The notes beneath the pieces are model-generated. The model saw only the letters and a list, made by a program, of their open reading frames with translations. It made no database searches and had not been told where the DNA came from. A program made the translations under genes and the position numbers. 20,000 nt of DNA from Conidiobolus incongruus B7586 (Eukaryota), in assembly GCA_000697335.1 (NCBI GenBank), contig JNEM01011211.1, positions 58,852-78,851 of the forward strand. The letters are read 5' to 3'. Shown here piece by piece: positions 1 through 11,539 of the stretch (positions are counted from its first letter, which is position 1; each line of letters opens with the position of its first letter).

Positions 1-1101
1 ACTCTTCTCTTGGAGGTAATTTCTTTTTCTTATTTATTTTTCCTTTTAACTTATTTTTTGCTTTTAGGTTATAATTCAATGTCCTCTTTAGGTGGTATGA
101 ACTCATTTGGCTCTTATTCCTCTGGATTAGGAGGTTATGGATCTTCTTATTCTTCTCTAGGAGGTTACGGCGGATTGGGTAGTTATTCAAGTTATGGCGG
201 TTATGGAGGCTATGGAGGTTATGGTAGTTACGGCGGCTACGGCTCTATGGGATACAGTAGATATGGTCGTTACGGCGGTTACGGAATGGGAGGAATGGGT
301 ATGGGCATGAACCCTAACGAAATGTCTCTTGCTAGTCAGATGCAAATGAGCACTCAACCAACCTTCCAATTACTCGAAGGTATCGTAAATACTTTCGGTG
401 GTTTTACTCAAATGTTAGAGAGTACATTCTTTGCTACACATTCCTCTTTTATGGCTATGGTTGGCGTAGCAGACCAATTCAGTCAAATGAAGAACTTTTT
501 TGGCCAAATTTTCAGCTTCGTCGCTATATACCGCGGTATCAGAAATGCTATTTACCGTGTACTGGGTAAGAAGCCTCCTTTGAACGCCTCTGAAATCAAT
601 GCTGCTGAATATCAACGCTACAGAACCAAGTCCAAGATTTCACTGAGACCTATTTTAATGTTTCTCAGTATCATGGTCGGTATCCCTTATATTATCAACT
701 TAATTATGCGTAAGATGGCCGAGCGTCACCAAAGACAACTCATGGCCCAAAATGGTATCATGGGACCCACCGTTGCTATGAACCAAGGTGCTACCCCCAA
801 TATTGAATTTGCTCAAGCTAACTACGATTATACCGGAACTAACCCAGGTGACCTGAGCTTCCGTAAGGGAGATCTTATCGCTGTTCTCTCCAAGACCGCT
901 CCAGATGGATCTATTGCTCTTTGGTGGCAAGGAAGACTCCGAGATGGTAAGATCGGTAGCTTCCCATCTAACTTTGTCCAAATCTTGGAAAAGAAAATAT
1001 CGGTAGCTCCCGACGGTCAAAACCTTCCTAATATTCCCAATCCTGTAGCTCCAGTCTCCCAACCTCAAACTGCTTCACCCATGCAAAATGCCACTGTCTA
1101 A
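1..1101 (+). CDS. PEX13: Peroxisomal membrane protein Pex13 (5'-partial; exons ..1-15 and 68-1101, intron 16-67)
   Basis: Tyr/Gly/Ser-rich N-terminus, Peroxin-13 N-terminal motif (STQPTFQLLEGIVNTFGGFTQMLESTFFATHSSFMAMVGVADQF), hydrophobic segment (PILMFLSIMVGIPYII), C-terminal SH3 (AQANYDY...DLSFRKGD...WWQGRLRDGKIGSFPSNFV). GTAAT at 16 and a pyrimidine-rich ...TTTTAG at 67 splice in frame (YSSLG-G-YNSM), so the ORF-track start at 10 reads through an intron. Confidence 0.96.
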   Translation, partial: TLLLEVISFSYLFFLLTYFLLLGYNSMSSLGGMNSFGSYSSGLGGYGSSYSSLGGYGGLGSYSSYGGYGGYGGYGSYGGYGSMGYSRYGRYGGYGMGGMGMGMNPNEMSLASQMQMSTQPTFQLLEGIVNTFGGFTQMLESTFFATHSSFMAMVGVADQFSQMKNFFGQIFSFVAIYRGIRNAIYRVLGKKPPLNASEINAAEYQRYRTKSKISLRPILMFLSIMVGIPYIINLIMRKMAERHQRQLMAQNGIMGPTVAMNQGATPNIEFAQANYDYTGTNPGDLSFRKGDLIAVLSKTAPDGSIALWWQGRLRDGKIGSFPSNFVQILEKKISVAPDGQNLPNIPNPVAPVSQPQTASPMQNATV

Positions 1102-1586
1102 TTTAGCTCTGTAAATTAAATATCAAGCCTAACATTCCATCACATCCTATCAACCCATGTGATTCTGAGTTTGCAATATTGAATTTGAATATTTAGATTA
1201 TTTCTCATCCATCCATCATGATTATTATTCCTTCTTGTATTGATTCATTTTATCCAACAATATATGTAGGTCATTTACCATTATTTAGTATTTATCAAAT
1301 ACTGATAAACCAAGTTTATAATTGACTGTTTAATGAAGAAAATATTTAAATAAAAATATGATAAAAAAGTATTTATATTCAATTTTATTTTAATATTATT
1401 TTGAGTTATTTTCTAATTATTTTATATTGTAAGCAGCCTTGATTATCTTTGAAATATAAATATATTTGAGTAGGAAAACCAAAATTGTCCCATGAATTTA
1501 CAATCAGAGTTTAATTTTATAAATTCCATTACAATAACATTTGATAAATGTAAAATTACTATAAAAATCATTAAAATTCATCAATC

Positions 1587-3185
1587 ATGACAGAAATAAA
1601 CGAAACGAACAATAATCACACTTCTAAAAAGAATAAAATAGAAGTTAAAGAGGAGAATAAAATTGAAACTATCTCAACTGAAATGCAAGATATCGAATTA
1701 AAAATTACTAAACTCATACAAACGAGTAAATTAAATAAAGAAATTACAAGCTTAAACTTTGGTAACTTAAGTAATCAAAGTTTGCAAAATTTTATTTTTG
1801 TTGGAACTCGAGATGGTGAAATTATTAAATTGGACTCTAACGGTAGGGTAAGTGAAGATTTTTAATAATAATATCATTAATAATGACTCATTTTGATTAA
1901 TATTCACAATAATTAATAGATTATGGAATTGAAAAAGATTCATGGATCGTCCAGTTCGGTCGTTATATTAAAGTTGATCCAATTGATTAATGGTAGTAAT
2001 CAAGATAATTTACTGAGTGTTCAATCCAATGGCAAGCTGAGCTTACTTGTTCAGTTTCATCCCACCTTCCAATTGGACATTGCTAATTCCCCAACTTGTT
2101 TTGAAAAGGTTAATGATTCGAGTAACTGACTGAATATATGTAGCATAAAATTTATTGAATTAATGATTGACTGAATTGTTAGGCAATGGTTACTATTTAG
2201 TTGTTGGAGATCATTTGGGAAAGTTAACAGGATTTAGCTTTAATGAAAAATTATTTCAATTTATGTTAAAGCAACCTAATGTATCATTTTTCGATAATAA
2301 CTCTAATCCAAGTATCACTATGGGTATTTTATTATATTTTTTCGATTGATTGATATCTTAAATGCTAATTCTAATTTGTTTAGAAACGTCAGATAAACCA
2401 ATTGATCAATTATTATACGTTACATTGCAAGATCTATCCAACAATTTGGGTCACTATTATTTAATTACCAATCATACCAATAGATGCTATTTATATTCTA
2501 AAAGTATTCACATTCATACTATATATTTTGAAAATACAATTACTAGAGTAAGTGATCGTAAAATTCTCAATATATGAATTTGATTTTAATTGACATTTTA
2601 GATGACAAAGGGACAGTTTACAGAATTGACTAAAACCAAATCCATAGAAGAGAATAATTCATTAATTCAAGATATTTTAATTAGTGACAATCGAGGTCAG
2701 ATCTTTTTATTAAGCGATTTAAAAGTAATTTGATTTTAAGTTAAAAATTTTTAATTATATTGATCATATCTATATAGCCTACTCCATATTTGAATCACGG
2801 GTCTCCTATACAGTTTATGCTACCATATCGAATTAAAAATCAATCGAAACAGTCTTCAGATTATTTAATCTTGACAGATTATTCAAAAACCATTTATATT
2901 TATCAAAATCAAAAGGTATTTATTGAAAAATATATTTATAATGCTATATTAGTACTAATTCAGCATTCATAGTTGGTTACCAAGTTATCACTCAATAGTT
3001 GGATCAATCACATTATTACAATTCCAACTGAAGGTTTCTTTGATGAAGAACCTATTACTTTTGATTATGAATTGAACTCTGAAAATTTAGAAAATGTTTA
3101 TAGTCATCACGATAGTATTTTAGTCGCTACAAAGGATTCTGATTTGGTCATCTTATCAGCTACTTTTAATGCTATGGAATTGTAA
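1587..3185 (+). CDS. Uncharacterised beta-propeller (WD40/FG-GAP-like) protein, ~413 aa; exons 1587-1847, 1920-2121, 2183-2323, 2384-2547, 2602-2724, 2778-2915, 2973-3185
   Basis: Consecutive same-strand ORF pieces join through six phase-compatible GT-AG introns of 53-72 nt into one 1242 nt frame. Repeated blade-like motifs: IFVGTRDGEII, LLSVQSNGKLSL, LVVGDHLGKLTGF, ILISDNRGQIFLL, LILTDYSKTIYIY, ILVATKDSDLVIL. The gene model is well supported; the family is uncertain. Confidence 0.8.
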
Positions 3186-3319
3186 ATTAATAGTTAATAA
3201 TTATTAAAACCATAATAAAATATTTATTTATATGATTTTGAAATGAATTTATTAAATAAGATACAAAAGGATCTATAATACTATTTCCGAATTTTAAATA
3301 ATATATATTTGGTCTATAA

Positions 3320-4999
3320 TTAATTTACAGCAATCTTTTCTTGCTTGGATTTGTCAAGTGGTTTGGTTCTTGGCTTTCTAATACCTTTACCGTGATTAGG
3401 TGTCCAATTACCAAGTGAATCATTTTCATAAAAGTCCATTGGATAGACATTTTGATATGGAATACTGTCTAAAACAACAGATGCTTCATAAGGATTAAGT
3501 AGAGGTTTGGTGAAAGCGTAACCCCAATCAATTGATAATCTGGGACAAGCGATTTGAATCCAGCAGTCGATATCCTTAAATTGGTCTAACTTTGAGGGGA
3601 AAATTTCTGATAATAATACAACAGTGCATGTTTTTCCTTTTTCTTCCAATCTCTTTTGGAGATTCTTTAATACCACAGGACTGCCTTGACGACCTAAAGT
3701 CCCCAAAATTAAACCAAATTTCTGGCATTGGATACCTTGTTCAATAGCATGCTTTCTAAGGGAATGCATTTCTTCGTGCTCATAATATTCCCTGGTGAAT
3801 TTCTTGGAATAGGGATCGTAGCGATATGCAGGAAGATCTGGATTAGCAATCATAATAGCTTCTAAATGAAATCTACCATCACCTAAGTAAATAATGATAT
3901 CTTGATCCTTTAGTTTAGGAGCTGTACATCCCAAAATTTCACCTGGACTGAGTGGTTTAGATTGTGGTACAGTGACCTGATAATCATTTTGAAGAATTTG
4001 TCTGGAGGCCTATATCAATCACATTAGAAATTAATCAATAATTAAAATCGTGTGACTTACCTGAATGGCTGTACCAAATTGAATAGTCCCAACCAGAGCA
4101 ATTTTGGTACCAGTATCAAAGTTGAATTTAACGGTATCGACGAAATGCGTTATATCAATGCCGATATCAACGAAAACATACATTGTTTTAATGGATGTAA
4201 TATCGACAGGGACTATATCAATTATTAATTAATATCGTTCTTAGTAGTATAAATATAAAAAATCATACCCAAACAGCTATGACCATAATGAACCAAAAAG
4301 TCACATTCCAAAGCCTTAGCAGTGAAATCATCCACACAGCAAGCACCATAAGTCACATCTCCCATAATTAGAGTTTCAACTTTACAAAATCTATTATAAT
4401 AAATTAATAATCAATTAAAATAAAAATAATACAATATAACTACCTCTCCAAAATATCGGAAATAGTACAAGCGAACATCAATAAACCTTCAGGGAATTGT
4501 AAAGCGACTAAAGCAGCAAATCAGAATTTTATATTAAATATGTAATAATAAAAATGTTACCTTTAGTACTCTGGTTCTTTCTAATCTGCCAAATAGTTTT
4601 AAAAATTTCAAAATTATAATTACTAGGTAACTAGTTTACAAAATTAATAATGTAATAAGTATTCAAATTGTATGGGATATTACTTGTTTAACAGCTTGTT
4701 GTAATTGAATATTGTTTAAAATATCATCAGGAATTTGATTTAATACTCTAGGTTTTCTAGTACTTGCAGTATCTCCCTTATCTGAAATTTAATATAATTA
4801 AATACATATTATAATTTGAATAATTTCAGTATAAGTTACATATTTCAACACTTGTCTCTTCAACATCTTGAATATTGGAATCATTATTAGTTTTGACAAC
4901 TTTCTTTCTACCAACAATCCTTCTTCTAGGCTGAACTGCTTCCTTTTGAATTAAATTAGAGCCTTGAATTTCTGTAGTTGTACTTGTTTTGTTTTCCAT
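3320..4999 (-). CDS. DPH1: Diphthamide biosynthesis protein 1 (2-(3-amino-3-carboxypropyl)histidine synthase subunit 1), ~451 aa; exons 4999-4840, 4781-4684, 4630-4561, 4507-4444, 4390-4269, 4212-4061, 4009-3320
   Basis: Spliced translation gives the conserved Dph1 motifs [107 protein letters not shown]. Six in-phase GT-AG introns of 51-58 nt. Confidence 0.97.
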
Positions 5000-5551
5000 A
5001 TTCTTTTAATTAGCTGTTTATGTAATAATAAAAATATTAATTTTGAAAATGCTTAATTTCTTGTTTATATTATAATATTGGATAAAAGTTTTATGGGATT
5101 TATATGTTTTGATGAATTTTATCACTTGATCACTCATAATATAAAATTGTGACTTAAGAAATAGTTACTTTATATACATATTCAAATAAACAAAAATTTC
5201 ATTTTATTATAATCAATATTTAATATATGACGGATTATATATTATTCATTATAAATGATCGTATTTTATTACAATTCATTAATTATCATATAGTTTGGAT
5301 CTGAAGTACAAAAAAATTGAATGATATTATCAATGAATTAAAATAATTAATTTGAGAATGTTAATTGTATTCAATATACTAAATAAAATAAAGCATTTTA
5401 ATAATTAAATGTTATATAATTTGAATTATAATGGTATAAAATATATAAATAAAGTCGATAAAAATAATTTAATGTTTGATATCAAACGGAATCCCTCATT
5501 TTATTTTGGTTTTGATTAAAAAATCAGAGATGATGTAATAATATTAATTAA

Positions 5552-8500
5552 TTAAATTTTCAATAAACTTTTAAATTGATACTCTGTGAATTCCAACTGA
5601 GATAGATGATTCATTAAGGTTCGTTCTAATTCGATAGCTGTGGCAGGATGATTTATCTTCAGTTTTCTGATGATATGTTCAATCTTTTCTAGAGGTAATG
5701 GTAATTTGGTGTTTTTGTTATACATTTCTTCAGCTTTGGGTAATGGGATGTTCTCAATATAGTCAATGGCCAATTCTCCAACTTCCTTGGTGATTGCGTA
5801 TTTGCAATAGATATCGAGTAGGAGATTAAAGTCTTTGTTACGCACGTAGCTCGACAGTCTCGGTGGGATGGATTGATGATGATTGCTTGCAAGAAGTGTT
5901 TCAATAACTGCAGTATAATGTTTAACAGTGATTTCGTACTTGGGAGGTACTTTAAAATAGCGGATCTTAGGGACATAGTTCATTTCAAGGATGAGAAGTA
6001 TAGTTTTGAAGGAAGAGGAAGGATTTGGAGATAAAAATCTATTGGGAGGAAATGAAGGGCTTTTGATGATCTGCTCTGTCAAATAGCAGAAGATTGGCGT
6101 TAGGTTAAACTGGTGATAAATGCTCAGATCCAATGCACGATATATCATTTTGTTCTGAATGAGGGCATTGACCAACTCTTGGCATGAAGTAAGTTGCATT
6201 GGGTCCAAGGCAGCATCATCACGATTGGCGAGTTTGAAGCGATGAATTGATTTTTGGTGCTGCTTAATTGCATCTAAAATAGAAAATAGCATCTTTCGAG
6301 GCTCTGATAACCACCCATTGACATCAACGTTGAAGAAATAGTTGACTTCAATTGAAGTATCTTCTGGGAGTCGCTTAAAATATTTGATGACTTTCTTCCA
6401 TAATTTGATATGCTTTTTAAGTTCCAGCATGGTGAAACCAGATGGCCTTTTCGCGTAATTAATAGAGATAACTATCTGATCGATGATACTTGAAATTGTA
6501 GATTCCCAGTCGTTCTTTCTAATGTACCACATTTGAAGGAAATGTAAGAATGCTATCTTTGGATGTTTCGAAACGCTGTGATCTTGGCTTTTGTGTTTGA
6601 TGTTTTGAATAAAATCCCATTCAAGCTCACCCAAAGGTATTTTGACCAATTGAATTAGATTATTGTCGTTATGGAGTGAACTAACAATCTCGTCAATTAG
6701 TTGTGATTTCCAGCGAGGATTCTTCATATCCCTTAAATACTTAATCGACTGTTGATAAAGCTTGAGTTGATTACAGCATGAAACGATTCTAAAAATGAAT
6801 ACATCTCTGTTAAATTCAACTAAAGTCCCATCGCTTTCGATGATATCTTGGCTAATATCTAATTGAGACGCATCTATTTGGGGTTTTCGCTCATTTGACA
6901 AATGTGGAGACCTAGGAGAGGTATTGTTGGATTGTTCTCTTAGTATCGTTTGGACAAGCGTGTCAAATTCAAAAAAACACATTTGATAGTAATCCAAAGC
7001 CAATTTGAAATAGTTCATATTCTCAAAATGTTTTCCCAAGAAGAAAAAGTAACCAGAAGGTCCCCTTTCAAAGTACTCGGTAGGGACGACAAATTGAAGT
7101 GGATGGGAATGCCAATCGGGGTAGAATTTATCCTGGACACTAGCTTTTCTGAATGACTTGACCATATTTGGTTTGTCTCCATAGATTTTAGCTTCAAGGG
7201 CTCCCATGAAATAGAACAAGATTGGGTGTGGAGTTAGAGCGGAGAGGAATTTGTGTGCATATCTTGGGGATTTGTGATGATAGCAAAGCCACTGAATGAA
7301 GATGAAAGCCAAGTTCGGTGAATGTTGACCAAAACGAATGGCGGCTAAATCAAGGTTAGACACCATTTTATCAGCTTGAGAAATAATCCAACCTAAAGTT
7401 GTACTATTTGATGATAGTGAGTATTGAATATCGAAAAGATTGATAAATCCCTCAAGAAGACTCGAAATTGTAGTAGGTACATGACTAGAAATGGCGTTAT
7501 AACGGTTTTCCGACAGGGGACCTGTCGTATATGGAAATGAGAATTCATGGCCCGAGGAAGCAGTAGCCCCAATAGAAAATCTCTGAGTGGGACAAAAGAG
7601 TAATTGATATAATCGCACATATTTCAAGTGAATCGATACACATTGAGAAATATAATTATCAATAGATTCAATTGAAGCACATGATTTAGAATATATAAGA
7701 AACCATAGCAATATTCTGCTTACTTGGAATCCTGAAAAAATTAATTGGTGACTGGCGTTGCTTAGATATGAATTTTCAAAGGAAATAAAACTCTGGATGG
7801 ATCCAAATTGGAAGGAACTATCTTGGAATTGGGTGTCTGCCATATTATTTGAATGACTGAAAATATTGATTAAGTCAATCAATATTTGAATAGACTTTGA
7901 TACTTTCACAAGTCTTTCTTTAACTCGATACATCAAAGCCTTGTACCGAGGATCATGATTTATGCTCCCTTGAATATAAGCATCGTAAAATATTAAACTG
8001 GAATACAACTCGGCAAGTGAGGAGTGGGATTTATCGAAATTACTCTCAAATTCTTTGATCATAGAATCAAAGTAGATAGAATCTTTTCTGAAAAATTCGT
8101 GAAAGTCAGCCAAACACTCAAACAGTGTGTATAATCCTTTCTGTTTGCAGGGGCCTTGTACAAGAATATGATCAGAGCTGAGATCGTTAGAACAAAGCTT
8201 AAGAATGGTTTCAGAGTTTAGACGTCGTGAAATAATCGAATCAATCCATTCCAACTGATGACCTGATCTTATAATACCAGCATATTCAATACCCAATAAT
8301 GCGATTTGATTCTTAAGCTCTTTAATAATGACTACTTTACATGGTGTTTTGGAATACAGCTCAATTCTTTGACAAATGGATATAAACTTATCCATTTGAG
8401 TGATAATATCTAAGGGATCGAAATCAATTTTCTTTGGGCATGGAGCTAGGAAGTTATTCAGCTTAGATTGGATTAATTTGATGAAAAACTCTTCGCAATG

Positions 8501-9928
8501 CGTTGCTTTTCCATTGCTTTTGACTTGTGAATTATATTGATGTGTTGCCATGACCAATGTGGAGATACTGAATTGGTAGGGGCTGAATAATTCTTCAATG
8601 AAAGTTTCCAGCAGTTCCGAAATGCTCAAGTTGGGATTTGGTGAATAATCAAACTTAGTAATATGGAGATCATCCCAGAATACCTGTTTGTCTGAAAAAT
8701 TGCCTATCGTTACAACATCTTCTTCATCCAGCGTTTCATCTTTGATTAGTTCGATCTCGATTGAAGATACGAATGATTTCTTCATTTGTTCGGTGACCAT
8801 CCAAATTTTCAGTTTATGTGGATTATTGAAATTCAAGTCTTCGTCATTACCCAAATCAATGGAATTGGTTTCATTTTCGTGGATTAAAAGAATGTCTTTA
8901 ATGACTGTAGATGAAGAAGATCCAAAAGACAAATTGTTCCATTTAACCAAGTGACAGAACTCCCAAGAGTTTGCATCCATACTCACAGAATCTTTAGAAT
9001 TACCTCTAAAAATGTTGAAAAATGGCATCTCTACATGATCAAAGGCAATTAGAAGATAAAAGATATCAGGATCTGTGGCGTCAAAGAAGCTATGTATGGA
9101 ATGAATCTTGGGTTGGTCGTATTTGAACTCCTTATACTCTTTAGCGTCATTGGGATGGTTTATAGCGACAATTAATGGTTTTGAGAAGATTTCAGAATTC
9201 GTTTGTAAATCCCAAACATGAATGCGATCATAATTATGAAGCCAAAATAAAAATTTGTCTCCATTGGGCAATTGCAAAATGGATGTGGCATTAAGCTTGG
9301 GAGTTTCAGACTCTCGACCTACATTTTTCGATCCAGCAAAAGAGATAAGATCAGGAAGAAAATTAAATCTAACATATCGATGAACTTGAAAAGTTTGAAC
9401 AAGTTTTAACTCTCGTTCGGTCCCAGGCGGAATATCGGCGAGAACTGGTGTGAGACAATGTTTTGGAACAAATAACATTCTGTTGGTTGCGACCATTTCG
9501 ATATGAAGTGAAAAGTCAAGTTCCATGAATTGCTTTTCTTCAAATAGTTTAAGGCCCCTGTAAACTATTTTACTTGGTTCTGGTGTTTCAAATTTGAAAT
9601 TATATCGCAAGAGACCACTTAGTTGGCTGACTACCCAAAGTCGGAATAAGGATTGATATTTATCTTCGATAATAATGATATTACTGATAGTTCTACCAGG
9701 AACATTGATTAAGATTGGAGAAACTTGAGTAGCATTTTTGAAATTGGGACACATTAATTCGATACGCGTCTGTAATTGGTTATGAATAACTTTGGCTAAA
9801 ATGGAAGTGGAAGTTAATTCGAAATAATAGGTTTCTATTTGAACGTCCTGATAGTTGAGTGATATGGATAATGGCGTATATACATACGAGCAGGTTAAAT
9901 ATGAGTCTATTGCAGGGTTGGTCGACAT
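5552..9928 (-). CDS. NUP160: Nuclear pore Y-complex nucleoporin Nup160/Nup120-like, 1458 aa, intronless, divergent
   Basis: Size and layout (N-terminal beta-rich region, C-terminal alpha-solenoid) fit. Recognisable family-like segments: LFWLHNYDRIHVWDL, FIEELFSPYQFSISTL, IPPRLSSYVRNKDFNLLLDIYCKY, LPLPLEKIEHII. Assigned by recalled motif similarity, not by a search. Confidence 0.75.
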   Translation of the reverse strand: MSTNPAIDSYLTCSYVYTPLSISLNYQDVQIETYYFELTSTSILAKVIHNQLQTRIELMCPNFKNATQVSPILINVPGRTISNIIIIEDKYQSLFRLWVVSQLSGLLRYNFKFETPEPSKIVYRGLKLFEEKQFMELDFSLHIEMVATNRMLFVPKHCLTPVLADIPPGTERELKLVQTFQVHRYVRFNFLPDLISFAGSKNVGRESETPKLNATSILQLPNGDKFLFWLHNYDRIHVWDLQTNSEIFSKPLIVAINHPNDAKEYKEFKYDQPKIHSIHSFFDATDPDIFYLLIAFDHVEMPFFNIFRGNSKDSVSMDANSWEFCHLVKWNNLSFGSSSSTVIKDILLIHENETNSIDLGNDEDLNFNNPHKLKIWMVTEQMKKSFVSSIEIELIKDETLDEEDVVTIGNFSDKQVFWDDLHITKFDYSPNPNLSISELLETFIEELFSPYQFSISTLVMATHQYNSQVKSNGKATHCEEFFIKLIQSKLNNFLAPCPKKIDFDPLDIITQMDKFISICQRIELYSKTPCKVVIIKELKNQIALLGIEYAGIIRSGHQLEWIDSIISRRLNSETILKLCSNDLSSDHILVQGPCKQKGLYTLFECLADFHEFFRKDSIYFDSMIKEFESNFDKSHSSLAELYSSLIFYDAYIQGSINHDPRYKALMYRVKERLVKVSKSIQILIDLINIFSHSNNMADTQFQDSSFQFGSIQSFISFENSYLSNASHQLIFSGFQVSRILLWFLIYSKSCASIESIDNYISQCVSIHLKYVRLYQLLFCPTQRFSIGATASSGHEFSFPYTTGPLSENRYNAISSHVPTTISSLLEGFINLFDIQYSLSSNSTTLGWIISQADKMVSNLDLAAIRFGQHSPNLAFIFIQWLCYHHKSPRYAHKFLSALTPHPILFYFMGALEAKIYGDKPNMVKSFRKASVQDKFYPDWHSHPLQFVVPTEYFERGPSGYFFFLGKHFENMNYFKLALDYYQMCFFEFDTLVQTILREQSNNTSPRSPHLSNERKPQIDASQLDISQDIIESDGTLVEFNRDVFIFRIVSCCNQLKLYQQSIKYLRDMKNPRWKSQLIDEIVSSLHNDNNLIQLVKIPLGELEWDFIQNIKHKSQDHSVSKHPKIAFLHFLQMWYIRKNDWESTISSIIDQIVISINYAKRPSGFTMLELKKHIKLWKKVIKYFKRLPEDTSIEVNYFFNVDVNGWLSEPRKMLFSILDAIKQHQKSIHRFKLANRDDAALDPMQLTSCQELVNALIQNKMIYRALDLSIYHQFNLTPIFCYLTEQIIKSPSFPPNRFLSPNPSSSFKTILLILEMNYVPKIRYFKVPPKYEITVKHYTAVIETLLASNHHQSIPPRLSSYVRNKDFNLLLDIYCKYAITKEVGELAIDYIENIPLPKAEEMYNKNTKLPLPLEKIEHIIRKLKINHPATAIELERTLMNHLSQLEFTEYQFKSLLKI

Positions 9929-11539
9929 GTTAGATAATTAAATTATTAACAATAGATATATTATAAATGGAATAGTACTGTGTACAAGGTTATTATTTAT
10001 TACAAGATAAATCGATTACAAAACTAATTTGGCTGGTAAGTAATAATAACCTAAACAAATAATTTAATTTAATAATTGAAAAACTGAATTTTTATATATA
10101 TATATAAATGTATAAATTTTGTTTAATATTTTGAAGGGAATAAACTTTGTTAACTATTAACCAACAATACTTTCGTTTTACTTGTTTAAGATAATTATTG
10201 AACAAAGAAAAATAAAAATTAAATAACAATTACTTCTTGGTTGGAATTAAATGTTACTTTCATAATAATAAAGAGCAATAATTTCATTTTAAAACTTTCA
10301 TTTTTATTAACAATTCTTTGTGAATGATATATCAGATTTTATATAGTTGTTTTTCTGCATATCTAAATCATATATGGGATTCTAAAATGTCTGTTATTAT
10401 TGGTAATAAATAATCAGGTGATATTAATCATGAATATTCAGTATTTCAATCCAATTCATCATTATTTCAAACAATACATAATTTTGTTTTAAAACAATAG
10501 ATTATGATATTTAATCATTCATCAAACAAAAAACATTGAATACTACACAAATTGTAGTTAATATCAGTTTTTAATTAATCCATTGAAATAATGTTACAAG
10601 AGAAATTTATGATGTAATAATTTTTCATATCCGATAACTTGTACATGAATATTTTTTTGATCCAATTCTCTACTTTGAAATAAAAAATAGCAAATGATTA
10701 ATACTTGGTGATTTAGTCAATTAATTTTGGTAACTGTCAAAGAATTACAAATAGCATGAATATCATCGTATTATACTTTGAAGAGACTAGAGTTGAATTT
10801 ATATTTAATAGAATTCAAAATCAATTTTCATTCAATTGAATTAGTCATTAAAGTGAAGATATTGAATTGACAAACGAATTTGAAAGTATTAATAATTCAA
10901 ATAAATTTTTTCAAATTTTATAAGGTTAAGAATTTGAGTTTTTTATTCAAATGATATATACCAATGATTATTGAATATAAATCGATAATTATAGATTTGT
11001 TCTTTAAAAGGAACGTTGACCAAAAATCTTCAAATCAATTCAATGCCACATACACTTTTATTTTTCAATTATGAAAAGCACCCCTTCCACTGAAAATCGT
11101 GAATGTATTATCTATTTGCCTAGTTCAGGTCTTTTAATAAACTCTAGTTAGTCTATTGAATATAACAGGAAACAAAATACTTGATTTCATATGCCATGTT
11201 CAAAGTGATATATAAAGTTAAATATAACATTATATTAGATACTGGAATTCAGAAAATGAAAAACATCCTTATAATTTAATATTTTGTGAAGGAATTTTAA
11301 ACCATGATATCAAAAAGAATAAAACAAATGAAAGAATAAGGCAAAAAGTGTAACGCATTAGTTGAAAATAAAATAAAATAGTCTTAAATATATAATTTAG
11401 TAAAAAAATCGAAATAGGGTGAATTTTTGAATAAGAAACGATTGTAATATATATTGAAGGAAGTTATTTTTAAATATTGTATAACTTTTTGTTATGAAGT
11501 GATGAACTTTGTGACGATTATTATTTAGTTGATACCTTT

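Noticed and set aside
187..1068. Minus-strand ORFs within PEX13, and alternate-frame/antisense ORFs within NUP160 and the oxidoreductase
   Set aside because: Shadow ORFs of well-supported genes, arising from codon bias.
10400..11340. Possible decayed protein-coding relic in the spacer (similar impression at ~15250-15800, ~16200-16700 and ~18550-19400)
   Set aside because: Slightly coding-like texture, but no sustained reading frame or alignable partner in the window; needs TBLASTX/BLASTX to support.
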